Origin: Eledone cirrhosa
Taxonomy: Eukaryota
Direction of reading: 5' to 3'
DNA length: 64,000 nucleotides
Assembly (NCBI GenBank): GCA_964016885.1
Contig: OZ024745.1
Span: forward strand, 129,642,001 to 129,706,000
The position numbers and the translations under genes were made by a program. The notes below the pieces were generated by a model that saw only the letters and a program-made list of their open reading frames with translations, had not been told where the DNA came from and made no database searches. Positions 13,881 through 27,070 of the stretch are shown one piece after another. Position 1 is the stretch's first letter, and each line of letters starts with the position of its first letter.

Positions 13881-14721
13881 GAAAGGAAGAATACGGCTAC
13901 ACGTCGGCGTAGCATTGTGGATGGGTTGGGTTGGTTGTGACAACCTTTCATTGGCTGCTTCATATTGTTACCATTAGCTACTACATACGTCTATACATGC
14001 ACAGACACATACATACGTTAGTTACATATATTTACCATTTAAATAATAACAGCTTGAAAACATAGCATCAATTCTACGTATGATAATTATAAAAAATATT
14101 ATTGTTATGATAGTAATAAAAGTACATGGATGATGTTGGTGATGATGATGAGAAAGAAGAAGGATGGGGGGAGGGGGAGGAGGAGGAAGAGGATAATAAG
14201 AAAAGAAGGAGGAGGAGGAGGAGGAGGAGGAGGAGGAGGAGAAGAAGAAGAAGAAGAAGAAGAAATGAAGAAGAAACAACAATAACCGAAAAAATTATCT
14301 TTTAATACTGTAAGAGCTAAAGGCTTTCATCTGAAATATTTCTCCTGTTACAATGGTTATTCAGAATTCGCTCCTGAAAATAGATATGGTACAATTATTG
14401 CTCTAAGACAACAACAATATTGGCACAGTCTCATATTTTATTTTGCTCTCTATCATCTACTTTATGCAATCGACACTTTGTAACCATGATAATTCGTAGG
14501 AAAGGGTTGCTTATCTATCCCCTGGTATTGTATGTGGAAGAAAGTTATATGAATAGTGGCCTTATAATAAATGCATCAAGTATAACTGAAGACGCTTAGT
14601 GATTGGAATGGAGGCAGATACAAGATACACAGAAGCTCCCTCGTCGCCAATATGAGCTTGAAATTATTATTTTAAATGTTCCCTAATATCTTAGTCTCAT
14701 ATAGACAGTAAAGGGTATCGT

Positions 14722-15575
14722 TGGATTGGCAGTATCGGTAGAGGTATTGGACGCCATGTTTTGCAGCAAAGAGTTACGGTCCCTTATGGTCTGAGCTCAA
14801 ATCCCGCCGAGGTTAACTTCGCCTTTCATCCTGGGATAATTGCTGGCCTTGTGCCAAAAGTAGAAACAATTATTATTTGGCAGTATCGGTAGAGCGTCGG
14901 ACACTATGCTTCGTGGCATAGTTCATCTCTTTACGTTCTGAGTTCAAATTCCGCCGAGGTTAACTTTGCCTTTCATCGTTACGGGGTCGATAAAATAAAG
15001 TACCAGTTACACACTGGGGTCGATTTAATCGACTTTCCCCTCCCCCCAAATTACTGGCCTTGTGCCTATATAAGAAACTATTATTATCATTGTTGTTGGG
15101 GGAATAGCAGTATCGGTTGAGCGTCAGACATCCTGCTTCGTGGCATAGTGTTACGGCCTTTTACATTCTGAGTTCAAATCCCACCGAGGTTAACTTTGCC
15201 TTTCATCCTTACAGGGTAGACCAAATAGAGTACCAGTTAGGAACTGGGGTCGATTTAATCGACTTTCCTCTCCACCCAAAATTGTTTGCCTTGTCCCTAA
15301 TTGCTGGCCTTGTGCTTAAATCAGAAACCATTATTATTATCATTGTTGTTGGTGGATTGGCAGTATCGGTTGAGCATTGGACACCTTCCTTCGTGCCATA
15401 GTGTTACGGCCCTTTACATTCTGAGTTCAAATCCTGCCGTGGTTAGCTTGGCCTTTCATCCCTACCATGTTGATAAAATTATAAATGACCGGTAACGCAC
15501 TGTGATCGATTTAATCGACTTTCCTCTCCACCCAAAATTGTTGGCCTTGTCCCTAAATGAGAAATCATTATTATA
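14722..15575 (+). mobile_element. Cluster of four head-to-tail SINE copies
   Basis: GGCAGTATCGGT heads at ~14728, ~14879, ~15107 and ~15359, each followed by B-box and core. Confidence 0.85.
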
Positions 15576-15599
15576 ATTATTAGTACCATTATTGTTATT

Positions 15600-16470
15600 A
15601 CAGAACCTGGATTAGATATCTAGTTACGTGGGAGTTAACGGAGTCAATTGTCAACAACAGGTGGTGGGGAGCCTTAAAGAAAGCCATTATTGTAGAATGG
15701 GTAAGGTATATTAATTATCAGCAGAGAAAGATAGACAACAGAGAGAGCTATGAACGATCTAGAAGAGAACAGAGGTGCCAACGGCACGAGTAAACCGCGA
15801 CTATTTCTTCAATCAGAAACATGAAGATTACGTAGTCAGAATCAAGGCTCTTCTAAGATATGAGGGAATGAAATCTATACAGCGAGCTCGGGTGGCAGAG
15901 GTGCGACGAAGTAACAAATCTACGATTCGTTATTTGACTGACTTAGATAGATGTGTGCTACTCAGTCCACTCTGGATATGTTTGATTTTTCAACGTCGCT
16001 TGGCTCGAAAGCTCGATACGAGCAACTGGTCTTCGGAAACTGTGGCGGAATTCAGAACCACCTTAGTTGACTTGCCGCGATTTACAATGAAAGAAGCAAC
16101 TAGCTGCGACGACAAGCTCATAACATACGCCAAGATGCAGGAGTTGTTGAGTCGTTGCATAAGTCACCTGCTTTGGATGATCTAATTTATGAATTTTACG
16201 AGTTTATGCCAGACTTGTTTGGTAAACTCTTGGCAGATGTCTACAGCAATTGGCAGCAGAACGGCAGAATTTCCATTTCTGTGAGTCGGGACGGGTTAAA
16301 GGTACTAAGAAAAGCTGCTAACAAGGAGGGTTTGTTAAACAATTTTCGGCCTATAACTCTGCTAAACACTGACTTTAAGATATTGGCAAAAGTATTGGCA
16401 ATGAGGTTGGCGCTTATTGTTTGTGTTCTGGTCGGAGTATCACATAAGTTCACAATCCCGAAGAGATCCA
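15600..16470 (+). pseudogene. Tx1/L1-like LINE ORF2 fragment (N-terminal RT region), frameshifted
   Basis: KSPALDDLIYEFY...NFRPITLLNTDFKILAKVLAMRL matches the KSPGxDG and NxRPIxLLNxDxKI motifs. Confidence 0.85.
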
Positions 16471-17011
16471 AACAAAACAACGAAGAAATGACTTGGAGCT
16501 AAACAACAACAAAAAAACAACAACTAAAAAGCAAAGAATAAAAATCAGCTGTCTCAATAAAATTAGCCACAACCTGCAGAACAACATGAAAAACCTCGAA
16601 GAGTCAAACATTTTCAAGTGAAACTATAACAAACGGTTAATCTGAACAATGCAGCCCGCAGAAGTATCACCACTACAACCACCATCGCCGCCACCACCAC
16701 TACAACTAGTAGCAACTTTACAAACACAGATGCAACGTTCCTAGAGTCATGTTCACTAGCAGTATCTCTACCATTTATACTTCCCCGATGGCTTCCTTCT
16801 ACAGAAATTGTGTTGCTCTAATTACTTCGTATTAATTTGTAACGTTACGTAATTACATGCCTGCACTAATTGGAAGAAGATTTGCTGTGCAAGCTTCACA
16901 GACGTAACATGCATAGCTTACTACATATTAGTCTATCTGCACTGATCATGAAATAAAATGGATGTTGTGTTCTAATGATTTGGGACTAAAGCATTGTTAG
17001 TAATAATAGAT

Positions 17012-17490
17012 GTGTGTGAAGGCGCGTGACTCTGTGGTTATGGTATTCGACTCACATCGTAAGTTCATGAGTTCAATTCCCGGTAGGGCATTTTGTCTTT
17101 GTAGTGCCTTTCACGTTGCTCCAGTCCATTCAACTAGCAAAAATAAGTTGAACTTGTTGATAGAATGGCCAGCCTTATCGCATTCTGTGTCAGCTGAATT
17201 TTCCTGAGAACTACGTTAAGGGTACGCGCGTTTGTGGAATGCTCGGCCACTTGCACACATTATATTTTACGTTGCTCCAGTTTACTCAGCTGGCAAAAAT
17301 GAGTTGTACTTGGAATTCGAAGAGCCAGCTTTGTCACATTCTGTTTCACGCTGAATCTTCCTGTGATCTGCGTTAAGTTTACGCGTGTTTGTGGAATCCT
17401 CACCCATTTTCATGTTAAATTCACGAGCAGGCTACTCCGTTGATCATATGAACCGGAACACTCGCCGTCGTAACTAACCGAGTGTTAGTT
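17012..17490 (+). mobile_element. Second tRNA-derived SINE family with internal duplication of its body
   Basis: tRNA-like head GGCGCGTGACTCTGTGGTTA...GAGTTCAATTCC; body TTCACGTTGCTCCAGT...GCAAAAAT.AGTTG repeated at ~17110 and ~17267. Confidence 0.65.
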
Positions 17491-17719
17491 TTTAGTTAAT
17501 AGTAGTGGATGTGATTGTAATAAATGTTAAGTGATTTAACGAAACTATAGGCTAATAACAACTAAGACAACGATAAAAGGCATTTCACCCATACACGTTT
17601 CTTCCTTTGTTTTTGTTTTTACTTTTTGTCTTCATATATAAAGAGTATTTTGATGTAACATGAAATATTTATTGAGAGATTATTCCATAAAGTGTATGTT
17701 TCATATAATAGTTTATGAT

Positions 17720-17912
17720 TTAAGAACAAGACCAGCAAAATTTTAGGGGAGGGGGGCGTTGATTAAATCGAGACTGGTAGTTAATTTTATCGACTCCATT
17801 ACGATGAAAGGCTAAGCTAACCACGGTGGGATTTGAACTCTGAATGTAAAGGGCCGTACTTCTATGCTACACAGCGTGTTGTTCGACATTCGACAGATAC
17901 TGCCAATTTCTC
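17720..17912 (-). mobile_element. tRNA-derived SINE, diverged
   Basis: Reverse complement of the dominant SINE (GATTTGAACTC; GATACTGCCAA). Confidence 0.75.
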
Positions 17913-19011
17913 CCCCGTATGTTTCATGCAATAAGAACGATACTTGTCTCGAGTTGTCTATTATTCTTGTAATTTAAATCATATTGAAAATGTTATTTCT
18001 AATTATTCAGAACAATTTATAAATAGTTATTGATTTAATTTACATAGAAATTGTTGAAAATCAACGCCGTTCTTGGATGTTTTCAACGAGGCAAACGGTG
18101 GTTTCTTGCATTTCTGATGGTGAAAGTAACAAGCTGTGTGCATGTAAATCAATTAAGTATTTATATATATCGTAAATAAATATTTCAAAAGACAACAACG
18201 CATACATACAAAAACATACAGAGTCAATGGCTTCAAGGGTAGATTTCCCTAGCATGCACACACTGATGGATGTGGAGTCAGGGGTGATTTCAACTTTGCC
18301 CCGATTCATCTAGGATTTCAGTGACCAAGGGAAAAGTATGTCTAGCCTGATGTAGGACACCCTACACTGAGAAACAACTTGACTCATTTACCATCTCAAT
18401 AAATAGTAGTTCTTGCCTTCACGACTGACGGTGTATAAATTTACCAGAAATACACAATGGAAAGAAGACTCTTTATATGTTATCAAGAAAGACATTCTTT
18501 ATATTTTGTACTGATTTCAGTCAATACACTGTGGTCATGCTAGAACAACGTGATCAAGGCATTACTTCGATCATATCAACACCCAGAAGGATAAGTCTCA
18601 TTCCACCCAGACCACTTCCATTTAAACACTCATACTTCCTATTCTGACCCACTGTTCTGGTATTACCATCACTTCTGTGTCATTCCAATCGTAAATATAT
18701 TCCACCTCCTCATATATATATACATATGCGTTTTAATTACGTTCAAAATCATCTATTTCTTTTGTTTACATTGTTTAAGCTCTGCATTGTCGTATATTAT
18801 CGAAACACTCACGTCCCTGTATATTCCTTTCTTGTTTTCCCTATTCATTTATAGCTACAACCATGAAGCAGTAGTAGGATTGGTACCAGCGTATGCATCG
18901 AAAACAGAATCTTAGGTAAACTACATTAGGTAGGTGAAGAAGCGAGCATTGCTTTCTGTGTCAGTCTTTCACGTGATTTCTTATTCGGTATGTTTCGGTG
19001 TATATGACACA

Positions 19012-19047
<36 letters not shown>

Positions 19048-19662
19048 TACAAAATCTGAGAACACGTGACACGGAAAGCTCTCTCTCAGAGGTCATCGTG
19101 ATATCGGTGTAATAAAAACAAAATGGTTCACTTCAGTGCACCAGGGATTTCAGCAGAAGAATATGTGACAACGTATGATGAAATGCAATACATTGAGTCA
19201 TTTCGATTAAGTTCACATAAATACAATGACACAATATAAAAATTGTACGAACACACTCACTTTACTCCAAACTAAAAACAAAATGCAATGATAATACGAT
19301 AGGGCAAGTGTACAGAAGGAAATGGAGCGGAAAAATAAATATTTTTGGTCGTTAGTACTTGAGTACTTGAGAGGGCGAGGTGGGCTGTGAGCTTTCGGCA
19401 GCCTTCAGAAAACGAATTGCGTGGAGCTGAAATTTGAGTTAAGAAGAACGGAAAGGAGTGGAATAGATTGAAAGTGATTTGCAGGGGAAAAGCAGGGAGG
19501 GAGGGAAAATAGTGAAAGAAAGAGGGACACAAATAGAGAAGTGAACGCGAGTGTGGTTAACTTCCATATATATATTTATATATATACGAAAAGGAGGTTT
19601 CGAATGGCTATATATATTTGCCTTACCCACACACACACACATATATATACAAACACACACAC

Positions 19663-19795
<133 letters not shown>

Positions 19796-19829
19796 AGTAT
19801 GTACGTTCAACAAGCTGGCAGGAAGGTAT

Positions 19830-19872
19830 ACGTTGCTGACGATAGCTAATAAGCTTGAAACTAGTACAGCGT
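19830..19872 (+). ncRNA. Minimal type I hammerhead ribozyme (family A) in element ~19796-20153
   Basis: ACGTTG CTGACGA tAGCTaataAGCTt GAAA CTAG TA CAGCGT: 6-bp stem I, 4-bp stem II, palindromic stem III ACTAGT. Confidence 0.88.
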
Positions 19873-20151
19873 TCCTTTGTCAGTGTTGAACAAACGAGCA
19901 ACGATGGTTGCTGGACACTACGGCTTAATAAGGGGTGTTTGTTTACAAGCACACCGAGCATTATAATAAATGTTCGGTGAATCCATACGTGCATATATAT
20001 ATGTGTGCATATATATATGTGTGTATATATGTATATATATATACATACTACTGTACGTCTGTATACATATATGTATGTACGTGTACATACATATATTAAA
20101 GTAACAGCCGTACTAAGAGTGGGAAATGAAATTTCGTTCATTTTTTCCGTT

Positions 20152-20182
<31 letters not shown>

Positions 20183-20364
20183 TAAAATAAATATGTCTTA
20201 ATATTCAAGCTTAATTCTATAGCATTCTATTGTGTATGGTTATGATATATATATATATATATATATAAACAAAGGTATATTTAATTTGTTGGTAATTCAA
20301 CAAATATATATATTTATAACTGATTCGAAGCACTCGACAGCTTTTCTGGATTATATCATTGATA

Positions 20365-20434
<70 letters not shown>

Positions 20435-20533
20435 TGTAATAAACATCATGTAATAAACATCATGTAGACATCATGTAATAAACATCATGACATTGGATTT
20501 TAAAATCCTATGTCAATAAATACACCAGGATTT

Positions 20534-20591
20534 TTTCATTCTGATTGAAGGCAACATTTGTTTGCTTTCAAGAAACCACTGGTAAATGAAA
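20534..20591 (+). ncRNA. Hammerhead (family B) with damaged core, in element ~20429-20688
   Basis: TTTCATT CTGATTGAaggcaacatttgtttgctttcaa GAAA CCACTGG TA AATGAAA; core shortened relative to the 47083 copy. Confidence 0.55.
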
Positions 20592-20684
20592 TAATTGCCT
20601 TATGTTGTTTATTACATAACTATTAAGCTCTGTAACCTAAATAGAGCACTCTTTTTTCCTGGACCTTTCTGACGGAATTACTTC

Positions 20685-20741
<57 letters not shown>

Positions 20742-20744
20742 TAT

Positions 20745-20958
20745 GGGAAAATGTTTAACCCCGACGGCAGAGCTCAAGCCGTTTCGACGGCTATTTCTGG
20801 ACTAAATTAAAATTCTAATTTAGTCCACTAAATTAAAATTCTAATTGAGCTCTGCCGTCGGGGTTAAACATTTTCCCATTACCCACTCTACGACCCTAAA
20901 TATTGAGTACTCTGGTGCGTTATGGTCCACCTGGTTCCTTACCACACTTCCTTCGTTA
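20745..20958 (+). mobile_element. (TA)-flanked hairpin element family C (also 47573-47690, 53311-53507, 55263-55300, 60201-60396)
   Basis: Shared CCCCGACGGCAGAGCTCAAGCCGTTTCGACGGCTATTTCTGGACT arm, plus ACCCACTCTAC...CCTTCGTTA tail in the fuller copies. Confidence 0.8.
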
Positions 20959-21092
20959 TATATATATATATATATATATATACAGTTTTTTCCGTTGTGT
21001 TGTAATATAAATATTACACACAGTAGATTATCAGCTCACGTAGAGTTTGCTCGACGGTTCCAGTTGTAGTTCCAAAAGTAATCCGGAGAAAA

Positions 21093-21537
21093 ATAGAAAG
21101 ATTTGAATGGATACAGTTTAGTTGAAAGGAATTTATTGACACGTGTTTCTATAACAGTTACATAACCTAAAACAGCTATCTACAAACTTTTAGTTATGCA
21201 GACATTCAATATTTCAATGTTATTGTTTACTGTCATTTCATCAGAATAATATTACTGAGGACCTATTTAGTTTTTATAGAGAATATTAGGAGGAAGGGGT
21301 GAAGTTGTTAGAAGAACTATTCTTCTAACAACTTCACCCCTTCCTCCTAATATTCCCTATAAAAACTAAATAGGTCCTCAGTAATATTATTCTGATGAAA
21401 TGACAGTAAACAATAACATTGAAATATTGAATGTCTGCATAACTAAAAGTTTGTAGATAGCTGTTTTAGGTTATGTAACTGTTATAGAAACACGTGTCAA
21501 TAAATTCCTTTCAACTAAACTGTATCCATTCAAATCT

Positions 21538-21543
<6 letters not shown>
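21093..21543. repeat. Perfect ~224-bp-arm palindrome with 3-nt loop (CTA at 21317-21319)
   Basis: ATAGAAAGATTTGAATGG...AGAAGAA-cta-TTCTTCT...CCATTCAAATCTTTCTAT; no mismatch found by eye. Confidence 0.9.
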
Positions 21544-21584
<41 letters not shown>

Positions 21585-23396
21585 CATATGTGTGTGTGTA
21601 TTTATATGTATATAAATATATACATATACACATATATACAATGTGTGGGTATAATATATATATATATATACACATTATATATATATATGCACAAACATAT
21701 GTCTGTGCATTGATGCGTGTATATGTATGTATGTAAGTGTATACACAAAATTATGTATTAATATTCATCCATAATATATAACTTTCTATTTATATTCATC
21801 CAAAATATATACTATTGTGTATTGTAATGTAATATATATACACATACATACACTTATATGTATGTGTATATGTATTACAAACCATAATACATACGTATGT
21901 ACGTACATACACACATACGTACACATACATGCATACATACACACACACACATACATTTATACATACATACACACATTCATGCACACAAACATACATACAT
22001 GCATACTTTCATACATACATATATACATGCATACATACCTACATACTTTCATACATACATACATTCATACACACAAACATACATACATTCTTACTTTCAT
22101 ACATATATACATATATACATACATACATACTTTCATATACATATATACATACATACACATATACATACATATATATATACATACATTCATACACACAAAC
22201 ATACATACATACATACCTACATAATTTCATGTATATACATATATATATACATGCATATATACATACATATATGGTGGCTGCCAACTCGTTTTCGAGTATG
22301 GCCACTACTTTATATCCATGTAGGAGAACCCCTACCGATGCGTTGAACAAGTGTGACTTTTTAGTCCAGCCAGCGACTTGAAAACTCTGGTACAAACACT
22401 ACACTTGTGACAATTATTGACACATAGTGCTGGGCCGATGGTACCATGTGACGACAAGTGCAGAGAGATCTCCAGATATAAAGCAATGCCTGTGCCGTGA
22501 AGATTTTATAGTGAGCAAAGGCACTGCACAAAGCCAGTCCCACTCTCTTAACCGAGATGATATTTACCAAAAAGAATAACAAGTCAACATCATTGGATAC
22601 CATCAGAGTTGCAGGTGTTATATCAGAGTCTTCCTTCTACTAGAATTCTACCTTGACAAAGGCTAAGAGGTCATCTCTCCCGGTGATTTTGGATGGCCAT
22701 TGACTCTTAAGAGGTCCTTTGCCCTTTGACAGGTTTTGTCTTTAGTCCTGCAGGATGTCCAAAATAACCCTCCTCACCAAGAAACCTTGGTGGGGTTGCC
22801 AGTTTAGTCGCCAACGACCCGGCCATGAGACAGGTTGTACTGGGATACATATATACATACATATATACATACACACATATATATATTCATGCACACAAAC
22901 ATACCAACATGCATACACCTACCTATATACTTTCATACATACATATATACATACATACATACATACAGACATATATACATACATACATACAGACACACAT
23001 ACATATATACATACAGACATATATACATATATACATATATGCATATATACATATATATACACTTGTTAGCGTAACTCCTCCGATAGCCCTGGGTAAAACT
23101 CTTCTTAACCCCACTTAAAATAATTTCATCACTTTTGAAAAAACAGCTTGCAGCTAAGTGTTAAAGTTGAGAAAATATTTAAATAAATATAATAGCTAAT
23201 TGGATTTCATTAATTTACATCTAACTCTTAATAGCCTCACCAAATATGTACAGAGAATAAAAGCTGTTAGGCTTTACATTCGAACTTTCCCCACTCCCTG
23301 CCATCTCACCGTCACTCCATCTTCCTTTTCTTCACCTTATTCCATACCTTCCTTATTTCTTCTCTTAGTTCACATTAGATCTACTGTTATTGTTAA

Positions 23397-24655
23397 TTGT
23401 GGTTGCGCTTGTGTTTGTAGTTGTGGTTGTGTTTGTCGATGTGTTTGTGATTGTGGTTGTGGTTGTGGTTGTGGTTGTGGTTGAAGTTGTGGTTGTGGTT
23501 GTGGTTGTGGTTGTGGTTGTGGTTGTGTTTGCGGTTGTAGTTGTGGTTGTGGTTGTGGTTGAGGTTGTGGTTGTGGTTGTGGTTGTGTTTGTGGTTGTGG
23601 TTGTGGTTGTGGTGGTGGTTGTGGTTGTGGTTGTGTTTGTGGTTGTGTTTGTGGTTGTGGTTGTGTTTGAGGTTGTGTTTGTGGTTGTGGTTGTGTTTGT
23701 CGTTGTGTTTGTGTTTGTGGTTGTGATTGTGGTTGTGGTTGTGGTTGTGGTTGTGGTTGTGGTTGTGGTTGTGTTTGTGGTTGTGTTTGTGGTTGTGGTT
23801 GTGTTTGAGGTTGTGTTTGTGGTTGTGGTTGTGTTTGTCGTTGTGTTTGTGTTTGTGGTTGTGATTGTGGTTGTGGTTGTGGTTGTGGTTGTGTTTGTGG
23901 TTGTGGTTGTGTTTGTGGTTGTGGTTGTGTTTGTGGTTGTGGTTGTGTTTGTGGTTGTGTTTGGGGTTGTGGTTGTGATTGTGGTTGTGGTTGTGTTTGT
24001 GGTTGTGGTTGTGATTTTGGTTGTGGTTGAAGTTGTGGTTGTGGTTGTGGTTGTGGTTGTGATTGTGGTTGTGGTTGAAGTTGTGGTTGTGGTTGTGGTT
24101 GTGTTTGTGGTTGTGTTTGTGGTTGTGATTGTGGTTGTGGTTGTGTTTGTGGTTGTGGTTGTGGTTGTGGTTGTGGTTGAGGTTGTGGTTGTGGTTGAGG
24201 TTGTGGTTATGGTTGTGGTTGAGGTTGTGTTTGTGGTTTTGGTTGTGGTTGTGGTTGTGGTTGAGGTTGTGTGACGTTGTGGTTTTGGTTTTGGTTGTGG
24301 TTGTGATCGTGGTTGTGGTTGTGGTTGTAGTTTTGATTGTGGTCGTGTTTGGGGTTGTGTTTGACGTTGTGGTTGTGGTTGAGGTTGTGGTTGAGGTTTT
24401 GGTTGTGGTTGTGGTTGTGGTTGAGGTTGTGGGTATGGTTGTAGTTGTGGTTGTGGTTGTGGTTGTGATTGTATTTGTGGTTGTAGTAGTGGTTGTGGTT
24501 TTGTTTGTGGTTGTGGTTGTGTTTGTGTTTGTGGTTGTGGTTGTGGTTGTGGTTGTGGTTGTGGTTGTGGTTGTGGTTGTGCTTGTGCTTGTGGTTTTGA
24601 TTGTGGTCATGTTTGAGGTTGTGTTTGACGTTGTGGTTGTGGTTGTGATTGTTGT
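23397..24655. repeat. Degenerate (GTGGTT)n hexamer satellite, ~1.25 kb
   Basis: Directly visible; variants GTGTTT, GAGGTT, GTGATT. Confidence 0.95.
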
Positions 24656-24885
24656 TATTGAGATTCTTGTAGGATTTTTTAATTATAATCGATGCGATTG
24701 AAAATTTATTGTGATTACTGTTGTGATTGTGTTTATAATTGGTTTGATGATGATGATGATGATGATAGGGTGGGATGAAGATTGTAACCTGTCGATGTAG
24801 ATTTTCTTGTTTTGGTGAACTTCATGGTGGAAAATGTTTCAATGTGGTCAGGGTGGTAGTAGTGGTGAAACGAGTACTAATGATA

Positions 24886-25061
24886 AAAAGGGTGGTAGTG
24901 GAGGAAAGGGTGGTAGTGGGGGGAAAGGGTGGTAGTGGGGGAAAGGGTGGTAGTGGGGGAAAGGGTGGTAGTGGGGGAAAGGATGGTAGTGGAGGAAAGG
25001 GTGGTAGTGGAGGAAAGGGTGGTAGTGGGGGGAAAGGGTGGTAGTGGGGGAAAGGGTGGTA
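24886..25061. repeat. 18-bp G-rich minisatellite (GGAAAGGGTGGTAGTGGG) x~9-10
   Basis: Directly visible. Confidence 0.9.
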
Positions 25062-25171
25062 GAGTTCGCTAGATTGGGAGTGTTTTCGATAGGGTAGGGT
25101 TAGAGATGATTTCAATGTGTTAATGCTGCTGTGATTGTTGTTTATGTTATCATTTACATTCTGATAATTGC

Positions 25172-25700
25172 TATTGTTGTTACAAACCTGTTGTTGTTAC
25201 AAGCCTGTTGTTGTTACGAGGGTGTCGTTGTTGTTGTTACAAACCTGTTGCTGTTACAAGCCTGTTGTTGTTACGAGGGTGTCGTTGTTGTTGTTACAAA
25301 CCTGTTGCTGTTACAAGCCTGTTGTTGTTACGAGGGTGTCGTTGTTGTTGTTACAAACCTGTTGCTGTTACAAGCCTGTTGTTGTTACGAGGGTGTTGTT
25401 GTTGTTACACACCTGTTGCTGTTACGAGCCTGTTGTTGTTACGAGGGTGTTGTTAAGACCGTGTTGTTGTTACGACCCTGTTGTTGTTATGACCCTTTTG
25501 CTGTTACGACCCTGTTGTCTTATAACCCTGTTGTTGTTACGACCCTATTGTTGTTACGACCCTATTGTTGTTATGACCCTGTTGTTGTTATGACCCTGTT
25601 GTTGTTACGAGTCTGTTGTTGTTACGACCCTATTGTTGTTACGAGTCTGTTGTTGTTACCAGCCTGTTACTATTTGTGGTTGTCGTTACAAGTCTGTTGT
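25172..25700. repeat. GTT-rich minisatellite: ~18-bp units (GTTACGACCCTGTTGTT) with a 60-bp higher-order repeat in the 5' part
   Basis: The 60-bp unit translates as repeated VVTNLLLLQACCCYEGVVVV. Confidence 0.85.
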
Positions 25701-26974
25701 TGGTTGTGGCTGTTATAATTGTTATTGCTCTTTAGTTATGATTGTTGTTGGTGTTATTATTATATCAGCCATGATTGAACAAACAAATGATTAATGGGCT
25801 GCCAAAACGATGGCTTGATAATGTCAACTTATTCATGGGCTTCATCTTTGCTCTTTGAACTCTGCTGCTGGTTATCGAACTTTGTGGAGAGAAATATCTC
25901 ATGTTGATGCGCAGTCTGCAACTGGCGGTGTTTAGTGTCAAAAGAAGAATATTACACATTTGTTACTTTGATTGTAGTTCATCCTGAAGTCAAACTGACT
26001 CGAGCAGAATTATAACGAAAGCCATCCTCATCATGATATTGCCGTCTTTTCTATGAAGACAGAATCATTATAAAGTGGAGGGATGTGATTTGAGAGACAT
26101 CTCATTGTTTTTCTAGCAGGTGAGGCCACAAAGTACAAGGAATCCCGTTGTCCAGCGTTGCGTGTTGCCCTTGACGTTTAGGGTGATTGGGAGTTTTATT
26201 ATTGCTGTTGTTATTGTCGGGCAATGTTCGTACTTGTATTCCTGTTGAAAAAGTTATGTGCTACCATACAATTTTTCGCTATAGCCTTTCTTGAGAGAAA
26301 ACAATGTTATTTCTTTTCGGCTATCGTTTATCTTACAGATAGTTTTCCGCTAATGTTATTTCTGATTTCATACCCCGTGAATGAAACAAATGTACATATC
26401 TATAATGAGTTTTCATTGCTAAAATTTGCAGTTGCGATCAAATGTCAGTTACTAAATTGAGCCAAAGACTGACCAGAAGCGACGGAAACCGAAGGCCTTT
26501 AGTGAACATTTTTACGTACTAAGTGACATTGGTCTAACTAGCATGCAGAAGTAAGGAGAGAATGCTGAAAGCGTTGATCATATAATAAACATTGTTGCCC
26601 CAGAGAAGCAGTAGCTTCTTTCACAGAGGTTACCACTTATGTTCCTGTCCATACATTTCATTGTTTTTGTGGTAGTGGTTACAAAGCACAACAATACACA
26701 TTAGATATAGTGATGTTCTTGGGGTTTATAACCAGCCCAGTCATTATTGACTAGTTTTGAGATCAAAGGGAAACTAGTCAGAACTCAGAGCTTTTCATTC
26801 CAATAATATAAGAGTTTCAGTATAAGAAATATACTTCCTGATTTAAAACAATGAGCTATGATATTCACTTACTATTTACAGAACAAAGAATAAGAGGGTG
26901 AATGTATTATTGTTGGCTCAGAGACAAAACATTAACTTGTGCGATAAATACATCAGTTTAGAATGTGACGAATA

Positions 26975-27070
<96 letters not shown>

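Noticed and set aside
23390-24701. Poly-Val / poly-Thr / HN ORFs as a mucin gene
   Set aside because: ACA/ACC codons cannot become stops by one substitution, so openness is uninformative. There are no convincing splice sites or start, and there is a frameshift near 24270.
25765-25985. Higher-complexity stretch that looks exon-like (also 18050-18310)
   Set aside because: No frame gave a recognisable protein or a consistent acceptor/donor pair.
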